Shown: positions 9,975-17,930 of the stretch, one piece after another
How the letters are laid out: each line of letters opens with the position of its first letter
How positions within the stretch are numbered: position 1 is the first letter of the stretch
NCBI GenBank assembly: GCA_902624575.1
Contig: CACNXV010000003.1
Location: forward strand, 12,600 to 76,599
Direction: 5' to 3'
Length of the DNA stretch: 64,000 nt
Source of the DNA: an uncultured Fidelibacterota bacterium
GTDB taxonomy: Bacteria; Fidelibacterota; Marinisomatia; Marinisomatales; Marinisomataceae
Made by a program: the position numbers and the translations under genes
The notes under the pieces: generated by a model
Told to the model about the DNA's origin: nothing
The model's input: the letters and a program-made list of their open reading frames with translations, nothing else
The model's database searches: none

Positions 9975-10028
9975 AGTATTTTATATCATTAAGTTTTATA
10001 ATTTAGCAATTAATAACAATCCTTTTTG

Positions 10029-11120
10029 ATGAAAAAAAATAATGTATATGTAGTCATTGGTGCAAGGCCTCAATTTATAAAGTATGCGCCGCTATCACGC
10101 GAATTAAAAAATATAGTTAATGCAAATATTATTGTTGTTCATACTGGCCAACATTATGACAAAAATATGTCAAAAGTTTTTTTTGACAATCTTAATATAG
10201 ATCCACCTACAATTAATTTAAATATTAATAATCTTTCAAGAGGGAAAATGATTGGCGAAATGATTAAAAAAATAGATGATGAATTCAGCAAGTGTAAGCC
10301 AGATATAGTTATACTTTTTGGTGATACAAATTCAACATTATCTGGCGCTGTTGCTGCATCATCATATCAATGTGAAATTATCCATGTGGAGTCAGGACTA
10401 CGTTCTTTTAATAAGCAAATGCCGGAAGAGCATAATAGAATTGTAGCAGATCATTTATCCACCATGCTTTTTGTTTCGAGCGAAGTTTCAAAAATTAATT
10501 TAATAAACGAAGGTATTAGTGAAGAAAAAATTGTTTTCTCAGGCGATATAATGCTTGATACTTTTTTAAGTAATAAACAAAAAATAATCAATGAAAAAGC
10601 ATATGAAAAAATGGATTTATTGAAAAATAGGTATATAATTACAACTATTCATAGATTAGAAAATACATCTGATAGTAGTAGACTCCGTAATATATTAAAG
10701 TCTTTGAACATTATTTCGAAACAGTTATTTCCAGTAGTATTTCCAATACATCCTGCTACAAAAAAAGCGATTAGTTCATTAAATGTGGATACTGAAAATA
10801 TTTTAATGATTGATCCTTGTGATTATATTACTTTCTTATCTTTGGTTGATGGATCAAATTTTATTATAACAGATTCTGGTGGTCTTCAGAAAGATGCTTA
10901 TTACCTTGGAAAAAAGACTTTAGTTTTTAGGAATGAATCAGAGTGGCCAGAACTAAAGAATGATAATGCCTCAATTTTAGTTAACCCATTAGAATCAAAA
11001 GATATTATTGACAGTGCTAATAAATTGATGAATAATAAAATAAATTATAAAAATTTTTACGGTGATGGGAATGCTTCTTCAATAATAAATAATAAAATAA
11101 AGGAAATTTTAAAAAAATGA
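10029..11120 (+). CDS. wecB: UDP-N-acetylglucosamine 2-epimerase (non-hydrolysing WecB/WbpI type)
   Basis: Motifs GARPQFIKYAPL, HTGQHYDKNMSKVFFDNL, VESGLRSF, EEHNR and TDSGGLQKDAY. I prefer the ATG at 10029 over the TTG at 10026. Confidence 0.8.
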   Translation: MKKNNVYVVIGARPQFIKYAPLSRELKNIVNANIIVVHTGQHYDKNMSKVFFDNLNIDPPTINLNINNLSRGKMIGEMIKKIDDEFSKCKPDIVILFGDTNSTLSGAVAASSYQCEIIHVESGLRSFNKQMPEEHNRIVADHLSTMLFVSSEVSKINLINEGISEEKIVFSGDIMLDTFLSNKQKIINEKAYEKMDLLKNRYIITTIHRLENTSDSSRLRNILKSLNIISKQLFPVVFPIHPATKKAISSLNVDTENILMIDPCDYITFLSLVDGSNFIITDSGGLQKDAYYLGKKTLVFRNESEWPELKNDNASILVNPLESKDIIDSANKLMNNKINYKNFYGDGNASSIINNKIKEILKK

Positions 11121-11812
11121 TCAATGTATTAACTTATAATTATCCACATAAAAAAACACAAGACCTTTTATTTAGATTAATTGCAAACGACCATAGAAAT
11201 GTAGCTGTCTTTTCAACTCCATGGGTCGAAAGAAAAAATTTCATTCCTCTAGTTCCACATAGACCATTTGAATTTCATGAAAATGCTACTTTAAATATAT
11301 ATCCTGATAAGTTGTCAAAAAAATTAGGATATGAATATCACGAATTAAAAAGTCTAGATGAACTTCCTAAAATAAAAAATGAAGATTTTGTGTTAATTGG
11401 TGGAGCTGGGATAATTAAAAAAGATTTGGCTGACTCAAAAAGAATAATCAATTCTCACCCAGCATATTTACCTTACGTCAGAGGTTTAGATTCAATGAAG
11501 TGGTCAATTTTAAATGATAAACCACTTGGCGTAACAAGTCATATTATTTCCGAAGAAGCTGACCAAGGATGGTTAATAAAGCGTTTGTATGTACCTCTTT
11601 TTGAGTGGGATACATTTCACAGCGTTGCAGTTAGACAGTATGAAATGGAAATGGATTTATTAGCAAGTTCAGTAGAAGATATTTCTACAGCTTCCTTGGA
11701 ATCTTTAAAAGTTGACGAAACACCAGTCTTTAGAAGAATGCCAAATAAATTGCAGAAAGAAATGATTGAATATTTTCCAACTTATCTGAAAAAACAATTA
11801 TTAAAGACTTAA
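11117..11812 (+). CDS. Formyltransferase-fold protein (divergent)
   Basis: IINSHPAYLPYVRGLDSMKWSIL resembles the N-x-H-x-S-L-L-P-x-Y-R-G formyltransferase motif. An acidic SEEADQG segment lies downstream. ATGA overlap with wecB. Confidence 0.45.
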   Translation: MINVLTYNYPHKKTQDLLFRLIANDHRNVAVFSTPWVERKNFIPLVPHRPFEFHENATLNIYPDKLSKKLGYEYHELKSLDELPKIKNEDFVLIGGAGIIKKDLADSKRIINSHPAYLPYVRGLDSMKWSILNDKPLGVTSHIISEEADQGWLIKRLYVPLFEWDTFHSVAVRQYEMEMDLLASSVEDISTASLESLKVDETPVFRRMPNKLQKEMIEYFPTYLKKQLLKT

Positions 11813-12517
11813 CGATATCATCCTTTTATAATATTTTTGGCATTCAAAGTATATATTTTTGTGCATTTCATTAATAACCTTTTTGTTTTTATCATTTGAT
11901 TTGATAAATCTATTTGTTTGAACAACAGAGTCGTACCAATGTTTAGCCCATATTCCATCTGTTGAATAAATTTTATTATCCCAGCTTAGCATATTATTAT
12001 CAAACTCTATGCCAATTTTCAAACACCATTTTCTAAGGATCTTTTCAGGATTTTCAATTAATTTCTTTGAATCAATTACAACAAAATCTATATCCTTATT
12101 TTGTAAGTAAGTAATTATCTTATACTGTTGCAAAAAACCAAGTTCTAAAATATGATCAAGTTTGTTTTTAACTGTGTATGAACTGATAACAGATTTAGGG
12201 TCACGAAGCAGTATACAATTATGAAAATTTTCAATCCAATTTAATTTTTCCAGATCAAATAAATGGTGCGCCATATGTTTCTGATACCAAATGTTTTTAG
12301 ACTGTGGGATTGTTGTACTTATTGAATTTAAAACATCTATAAATGAATTTGGATAGGATCTTATAATTTCCCTATACATAGGATGTTTTTTTCTGCTTTT
12401 TTTCAAATAATAGGCATAAAACGGTTCATCTGAAACGAAAGTATCTTGTCTAGAAGACCATGATCTCATTAATGCTGTAGATATATTTCTTGGTCCAGAC
12501 CAACAAGCTATTTTCAT
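11801..12517 (-). CDS. Sulfotransferase-fold protein
   Basis: A 5'-phosphosulfate-binding-like loop (WSGPRNISTALMRS) and a 3'-phosphate-binding-like motif (LLRDPKSVISS). 238 aa. Confidence 0.55.
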   Translation of the reverse strand: MKIACWSGPRNISTALMRSWSSRQDTFVSDEPFYAYYLKKSRKKHPMYREIIRSYPNSFIDVLNSISTTIPQSKNIWYQKHMAHHLFDLEKLNWIENFHNCILLRDPKSVISSYTVKNKLDHILELGFLQQYKIITYLQNKDIDFVVIDSKKLIENPEKILRKWCLKIGIEFDNNMLSWDNKIYSTDGIWAKHWYDSVVQTNRFIKSNDKNKKVINEMHKNIYFECQKYYKRMISLSL

Positions 12518-13425
12518 TTTACTTTGATATAATCAATTATTTTTTCTTGATAAAGCTTGTTAATTTTGTAAACTAATGAGTTATTCAAAGTTGACTTCAG
12601 CTCTCTATTTTCAAGTTTTGAAACAGGTATAACTCCTGCAAAAGTACCAGTAACAAATGCTTCATCACAATTTTCAATTTCTTGAAATTTAAAGTTTTTT
12701 TGAAAACAAGGAATTTGATTTTTTTTACATATTTGAATTACCTTTTCTCTTGTAATGCCATTTAAACAATAGTCTCCTCTTGAAGTATACACAGCTTTAT
12801 CTTTTATAAAGAAAAGATTTGTTGAATTGCAAGTACTTACATATCCATGAATATCATTCATTATTCCTTCATCATAATTAAGATTGTTTGCTTCAATGCT
12901 TGCTAAAATACAATTGAGCTTACTTAAAGTGTTATATTTGGGATTTTGTATAAGAGAATCTGGTCTTACGTTAGGCACTCTCCCTATCCTTAACCCTTTT
13001 ATATATACCTCGGGATTAGTTTTTTTGTGTTCTGGTATAATAACAAAGTTTATAGGCCCAATATTAGCGTTGGGGTTTTGATAAGGTGTTATTTTATTTC
13101 CTCTAGAAATAATGAGTCTTATATGAATATCATTTATCATGTTATTCGCAGTAAGTGTTCTATTAATTTCAGAAATTATCTCTTCTTTAGTTAAAGATAT
13201 ATTTAATGAAATACCTTTAGCACTTGCAAAAAGGCGCTCTAAATGATTTTCTATAAAGAGTAATCTTGATTTATGAAACCTTATTCCTTCCCAAATTCCG
13301 TCGCCAAGCAAGAAGCCGCTGTCAAAAACTGATATTTTTGCTTGACTACGTTTGATTAACTCTCCATTGATATTTATAAATATTTTATTATTTCTAGGGT
13401 CCTGTATGTAAGAATGACTGCTCAT
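12514..13425 (-). CDS. Class IV (fold type IV) PLP aminotransferase (branched-chain / D-amino-acid aminotransferase family)
   Basis: Motifs SVFDSGFLLGDGIWEGIR, NGITR and VTGTFAGVIPV. Start set at MSSHSY (ATG 13425) because the longer ORF would run into the tRNA gene. Confidence 0.75.
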   Translation of the reverse strand: MSSHSYIQDPRNNKIFININGELIKRSQAKISVFDSGFLLGDGIWEGIRFHKSRLLFIENHLERLFASAKGISLNISLTKEEIISEINRTLTANNMINDIHIRLIISRGNKITPYQNPNANIGPINFVIIPEHKKTNPEVYIKGLRIGRVPNVRPDSLIQNPKYNTLSKLNCILASIEANNLNYDEGIMNDIHGYVSTCNSTNLFFIKDKAVYTSRGDYCLNGITREKVIQICKKNQIPCFQKNFKFQEIENCDEAFVTGTFAGVIPVSKLENRELKSTLNNSLVYKINKLYQEKIIDYIKVK

Positions 13426-13428
13426 TTG

Positions 13429-13502
13429 TGGGCCCACAGGGACTTGAACCCCGAACCTGCGGATTATGAGTCCGTTGCTCTAACCAATTGAGCTATGGGC
13501 CC
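13429..13502 (-). tRNA. tRNA with anticodon CAT (elongator Met or lysidine-modified Ile2); CCA not encoded
   Basis: The reverse complement GGGCCCATAGCTCAATTGGTTAGAGCAACGGACTCATAATCCGCAGGTTCGGGGTTCAAGTCCCTGTGGGCCCA folds as a cloverleaf. It has a 7-bp acceptor stem, GCTC/GAGC D stem, CTCATAA anticodon loop and CGGGG/CCCTG T stem with a TTCAAGT loop. G1:C72 excludes an initiator. Confidence 0.9.
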
Positions 13503-13586
13503 TAGCTAAATATTTCAAATTTTTTATTAAAAAAACTAATACTATAAATTATATTTACTTACTATTATATTGTATAAAATCTTTTT

Positions 13587-14045
13587 ATGAAAACTGGTAA
13601 AAACACTATAGTTATTGATTCAAAAATTGGAGATGGAACTCAAATTTGGCACTTTTGTAACATTTACGGATCTAAAATAGGTAGAAATGTAAAAATCGGA
13701 TCTTATGTTGAAATTCAGAACAAAACTAATATTGGTGATGATTCTATAATTAGCTCCCATTCTTTCATTTGTTCTTTAGTTGATATTGGAAAAAATGTGT
13801 TTATTGGTCATTCTGTTATGACAGTAAATGATATTAATCCTCCTTCATTCAAAAGAACAGGTTCAAAATCAGAATGGAAAGAAACAAAGATATGTGATAA
13901 TGCTGTCATTGGAAGTGGCTGTGTTGTTTTTCCAGTTAGGATTGGAATTAATTCTGTCGTTGGCGCTGGTTCAGTAGTAACTGAAGATGTGCCTGATAAT
14001 ACAAAAGTTGCTGGTTCGCCTGCAAAGATAATTGGGAAAGTATAA
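13587..14045 (+). CDS. Left-handed beta-helix (hexapeptide-repeat) sugar N-acetyltransferase
   Basis: Hexapeptide repeats run throughout (KIGDGTQIWHFCNIYGSKIGRNVKIGSYVEIQ ... AVIGSGCVV ... VVGAGSVV). It is the first gene of a tightly packed sugar-modification operon. Confidence 0.7.
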   Translation: MKTGKNTIVIDSKIGDGTQIWHFCNIYGSKIGRNVKIGSYVEIQNKTNIGDDSIISSHSFICSLVDIGKNVFIGHSVMTVNDINPPSFKRTGSKSEWKETKICDNAVIGSGCVVFPVRIGINSVVGAGSVVTEDVPDNTKVAGSPAKIIGKV

Positions 14046-14049
14046 TTTT

Positions 14050-15156
14050 ATGAACATACCATTTGCAGATATTAAACGTCAGTATAATTCTATCAAAACT
14101 GAGGTGCATCAAGCAATAGATGAAGTTTTAAATGACACAGCTTTTATTAGAGGTAAATATGTTGCTCGTTTTGAAGAAAATTTCTCAAAAATGTATGGTG
14201 TTAAAAATGTCATTGGTGTTGGCAATGGGACTGATGCTATTTATTTGGCTTTGAGAGCTCTAGATATCGGTCCAGGAGATGAAGTCATTACTGTTTGTAA
14301 TTCGTGGATTTCAACATCAGAAGTAATAGGACAAGTTGGAGCGAATGTAAAATTTATTGACATAGAACCTGATAATTACAATATAGACGTAAATTTAATT
14401 GAAAAAGAAATATCAAAAAAAACAAAGGCTATTATTCCAGTACATCTTTATGGCCAACCCGTTAAGAATTTTGAAAAATTAGTTCAGATTGCAAAAAAAC
14501 ATTCACTTTATATAATTGAAGATTGTGCCCAAGCAGTTTTTTCCCAGTACAAAGGCAAGAATGTTGGAACAATAGGTGATTTAGCTACTATTAGTTTTTA
14601 TCCAGGTAAGAATTTGGGGGCCTATGGAGATGCAGGTGTAGTTATTTCTAACAACGATGAATTATCAAAAAAAGTAAGAATGCTGGCAAATCATGGACAA
14701 GAAAAAAAACATACACACATTTATGAGGGTATTAACTCGAGAATGGATGGTATACAAGGTAATATAATAAACTTAAAATTAAATTATATTATGGAGTGGA
14801 CAACAAGGAGACAAGAAATAGCAAAAATTTATGATCATAATTTATCAGATATCGAAGATATTACTATCCCAAAAATTGATCAAAATTCTACTCATGTTTA
14901 CCACCTTTATGTGATTTGTGCTAAAAAAAGAAACGATTTACAATCCTATTTAAAGAACCAAGGTATTGGTACAGCTCTTCATTATCCAAACATTTTACCT
15001 TTGCTAGATTGTTACAAACATTTAAATTTATCAGTTGACGATTTTTCTGTTGGTAGCAGGCTTTCATCAGAAATTCTTTCTTTACCCATGTTTCCTGAAA
15101 TGACCCAAAATGAAATTGAATATGTATGTGATAAAATTAGAGAGTTTTATAAGTAA
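14050..15156 (+). CDS. DegT/DnrJ/EryC1/StrS-family PLP sugar aminotransferase (paralog 1)
   Basis: Motifs FIRGKYV, GNGTDAI and SFYPGKNLGAYGDAG (PLP lysine). Start moved to MNIPFADIKRQY. Confidence 0.85.
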   Translation: MNIPFADIKRQYNSIKTEVHQAIDEVLNDTAFIRGKYVARFEENFSKMYGVKNVIGVGNGTDAIYLALRALDIGPGDEVITVCNSWISTSEVIGQVGANVKFIDIEPDNYNIDVNLIEKEISKKTKAIIPVHLYGQPVKNFEKLVQIAKKHSLYIIEDCAQAVFSQYKGKNVGTIGDLATISFYPGKNLGAYGDAGVVISNNDELSKKVRMLANHGQEKKHTHIYEGINSRMDGIQGNIINLKLNYIMEWTTRRQEIAKIYDHNLSDIEDITIPKIDQNSTHVYHLYVICAKKRNDLQSYLKNQGIGTALHYPNILPLLDCYKHLNLSVDDFSVGSRLSSEILSLPMFPEMTQNEIEYVCDKIREFYK

Positions 15157-16271
15157 TGCAATTTATTGATTTAAAGAAGCAGCAAGATAAAATTAGAGAT
15201 TCATTAGATTCCCGAATTAAGGATGTCCTTGATAATGGACAGTACATTTTAGGTAAAGAGGTTAATTCACTTGAAGAAAAATTATCCAAATTTGCTGATG
15301 TTAAGTATTCTATTGGTTGTTCTAATGGTACAGATGCTTTAATTCTGGCTTTAATGGCATTGGATATTGGTCCAGGAGATGGAGTCATTACTGTACCATT
15401 TACTTATATCGCAACATTAGAGGCCATTGTTTCAATTGGCGCAACACCTGTTTTAGTTGATGTTTATGACTCAACTTTCAATATAAATCCAGAAGAAGTT
15501 GAGAAGACTATTAGAAACTCAAATGTAAAAATTAAGGCAATTATGCCTGTTGATTTATTTGGTTTACCAGCAAGATACAGAATGATTAATGAAATTGCGA
15601 AAAAATATGATATTAAAGTTATTGGTGATGCAGCACAATCTTTTGGAGCATCAATTAATAATCAGTGTGTAGGTAGTTTTGCAGATATTACAACAACATC
15701 ATTTTTCCCAGCAAAGCCATTGGGGTGTTATGGAGATGGCGGGGCTGTATTTACTAATAGTAAAAATTTATCAAATAAATTAAAATCATTAAGAGTGCAT
15801 GGAAAAGGAATTGATAAATATGATAATATTAATGTAGGACTTAATTCAAGATTAGATACTCTTCAAGCAGCTATTCTTTTAGAAAAGTTAAAAATTTTTC
15901 CTAATGAAATTGATGTAAGGAACGAAATAGCAAATTACTATAGAGAAAAGCTTTCTAAACTTCCTCTTAAATTTCAAGTAATACCAAAAAAATATAAATC
16001 AGTTTATGCTCAATTTTCAATTCTTTTTGAAACAGGAGATAAACGCGATACAGTACAAAATAAATTGAGTGAAAATGGAATACCATCAGTTATATACTAT
16101 AGAATACCGTGCCATTTACAATCTGGATATTCTTTTTTAGGATATAAAGAAAATGACTTTCCGATTTCAGAAAAATTATCTGAAAGAATTTTAAGTTTGC
16201 CAATGCATCCATACTTAAAAAAGAATGAAATAGATAAGATATGTCATTCAATAGAAAAATGTTTATTATGA
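15156..16271 (+). CDS. DegT/DnrJ/EryC1/StrS-family PLP sugar aminotransferase (paralog 2, WbpE-like)
   Basis: Motifs YILGKEV, SNGTDAL and SFFPAKPLGCYGDGGA. TAATG overlap with paralog 1. Confidence 0.85.
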   Translation: MQFIDLKKQQDKIRDSLDSRIKDVLDNGQYILGKEVNSLEEKLSKFADVKYSIGCSNGTDALILALMALDIGPGDGVITVPFTYIATLEAIVSIGATPVLVDVYDSTFNINPEEVEKTIRNSNVKIKAIMPVDLFGLPARYRMINEIAKKYDIKVIGDAAQSFGASINNQCVGSFADITTTSFFPAKPLGCYGDGGAVFTNSKNLSNKLKSLRVHGKGIDKYDNINVGLNSRLDTLQAAILLEKLKIFPNEIDVRNEIANYYREKLSKLPLKFQVIPKKYKSVYAQFSILFETGDKRDTVQNKLSENGIPSVIYYRIPCHLQSGYSFLGYKENDFPISEKLSERILSLPMHPYLKKNEIDKICHSIEKCLL

Positions 16272-16293
16272 GATAAATTTAGGAGGATTAAAA

Positions 16294-17163
16294 GTGAGTA
16301 ATTATAAAACAAGAATTGGAATTATTGGTAAAGGATTTGTAGGAACAGCCGTAGCACATGGTTTTTCTTCCCAAACTGGTTTTGGTGCATCTATAAAAAT
16401 TTATGACAAAGATCCTGTGAAGAGTATGCATAGTTTAAATGAAACAGTAAATGAATCAGACTTTATATTTCTATCAGTACCAACACCTTCAAAAAAAGAC
16501 GGATCTATTGATTTAAGCATTTTAAAAGATGCTATAAAATCAATTGATACTGTTAATAAATCTGACAATATCATTCTTGTTAGATCAACAGTTGTCCCGG
16601 GAACAACAAGAGAGATACAAAATGAATTTTCAAACTTAAACATAGTATTCAATCCAGAATTTCTAACAGAAAGGTCAGCAGCATTTGATTTTATTAACCA
16701 GTCAAGAGTTATTTTAGGCGGAGATTCTAAAAATACTTCAAGAGTGGCAGAGCTTTATAAAAGTAGGTTTGGAGAATACCTGCCAGTTTTAGAATCAAAT
16801 TATGAAACAGCAGAATTAATAAAATATATGAACAACTTATTTTTTGCTACAAAAGTTTCTTTTTTAAATGAAATGAAATTATTAGCTGACAAAGTTGGTG
16901 TTAATTGGTCAGATGCTATAGAAGGATTCATATTAGACGGCAGAATTGGTCACTCACATCTTCAAGTTCCAGGACCTGATGGTAAATTCGGATTTGGAGG
17001 TAGTTGTTTTCCTAAAGATATTCAAGCTTTGATAAGTTTTGGAGATAAAAACGGTATTGAGATGAATGTCTTAAAAGGTGCATGGGAAACTAATTTATTA
17101 GTTAGACCAGAAAGAGACTGGGAAAAGCTTAAAGGTAGGGCTATTTCGATTGAAGAAGAATAA
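16294..17163 (+). CDS. UDP-glucose/GDP-mannose dehydrogenase-family protein lacking the C-terminal nucleotide-sugar-binding domain
   Basis: GTG start after AGGAGG. NAD-binding IGIIGKGFVGTAVA, NPEFLTE, and the catalytic-Cys motif GFGGSCFPKDI are present. The protein ends at 289 aa, where family members normally continue for about 100-150 aa. Confidence 0.65.
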   Translation: MSNYKTRIGIIGKGFVGTAVAHGFSSQTGFGASIKIYDKDPVKSMHSLNETVNESDFIFLSVPTPSKKDGSIDLSILKDAIKSIDTVNKSDNIILVRSTVVPGTTREIQNEFSNLNIVFNPEFLTERSAAFDFINQSRVILGGDSKNTSRVAELYKSRFGEYLPVLESNYETAELIKYMNNLFFATKVSFLNEMKLLADKVGVNWSDAIEGFILDGRIGHSHLQVPGPDGKFGFGGSCFPKDIQALISFGDKNGIEMNVLKGAWETNLLVRPERDWEKLKGRAISIEEE

Positions 17164-17605
17164 GATAATTTGGCTTACTGGTCAACCAGGAAGCGGTAAA
17201 ACAACTATTGCTAAAGCTTTAAAAAAGAGAATATTAAGTAAAAGCAATAAAAGTAATGTTATTTTAGTTGATGGTGATGATTTAAGAGATATTACAACTA
17301 ATAAAGATTATTCAAGGCAAGGTCGCGAGAAAAATATTATCACTGCACAAAAAATTGCACATTTCCTTTCAAATAAAGATTTTATTGTGATAGTAGCTCT
17401 AGTTGCTCCTTACTTAGATATAAGAGAAAAATTTAAGTTAATAACACCTGTTTTTGAGATTTATTTGCATACAGAAGAAATTAGGGGTCGCGAGCATTTT
17501 TTTGCTGAAGACTATGAAAAACCAAAAAAAGATTACCTAGATATTGATACAACAGAAAAGACAGTAGAGGATTGTGTAGATGAAATACTCACTATTTATT
17601 GGTAG
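17150..17605 (+). CDS. cysC: Adenylylsulfate (APS) kinase-like P-loop kinase
   Basis: IWLTGQPGSGKTTIAKAL followed by VDGDDLR and REKNI, which matches the CysC pattern (LDGDNxR ... RxENIRR). TTG start. 151 aa, shorter than typical CysC. Confidence 0.6.
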   Translation: MKKNKIIWLTGQPGSGKTTIAKALKKRILSKSNKSNVILVDGDDLRDITTNKDYSRQGREKNIITAQKIAHFLSNKDFIVIVALVAPYLDIREKFKLITPVFEIYLHTEEIRGREHFFAEDYEKPKKDYLDIDTTEKTVEDCVDEILTIYW

Positions 17606-17921
17606 ATGGCAGCCCTGGCATGAAGGGCATAGATGGTTAATTGATCAAAGATTAAATGAGGGATTTAATGTTTGTATTGCAATTCGTGATGTAGAAAAAA
17701 GCGATTCAAATCCTTTTTCACCAACTGAAATAAAAAAAAATCTTGAACGTGAACTTCATGATCTAGTTAGTTTAAAAAAAGTCAAAGTTATTATTATGCC
17801 AGATATTGAATCAATAAATTATGGCAGGGGTGTTGGATACGATATTATTGAACATTTTCCTCCAGAAAAAGTGAAGAAAATATCAGCAACTGAAATCAGA
17901 AAAAAAATATTTAATAAATAA
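17580..17921 (+). CDS. Minimal HxGH nucleotidyltransferase (NadM/NMNAT- or cytidylyltransferase-like), 113 aa
   Basis: FIGRWQPWHEGH (the GRFQPxHxGH-type motif) and a C-terminal ISATEIRKKI (ISxTxIR-type motif). Overlaps the kinase gene by 26 nt. Confidence 0.6.
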   Translation: MKYSLFIGRWQPWHEGHRWLIDQRLNEGFNVCIAIRDVEKSDSNPFSPTEIKKNLERELHDLVSLKKVKVIIMPDIESINYGRGVGYDIIEHFPPEKVKKISATEIRKKIFNK

Positions 17922-17930
17922 TCAATAATA

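Noticed and set aside
14260-14294. 31 of 35 nt identity between the two DegT paralogs (14260-14294 versus 15360-15394), considered as gene conversion or a repeat element
   Set aside because: The segment encodes the conserved LDIGPGD(E/G)VITV motif. With strongly biased codon usage, the nucleotide similarity follows from the protein conservation. Similarity does not extend beyond the motif.
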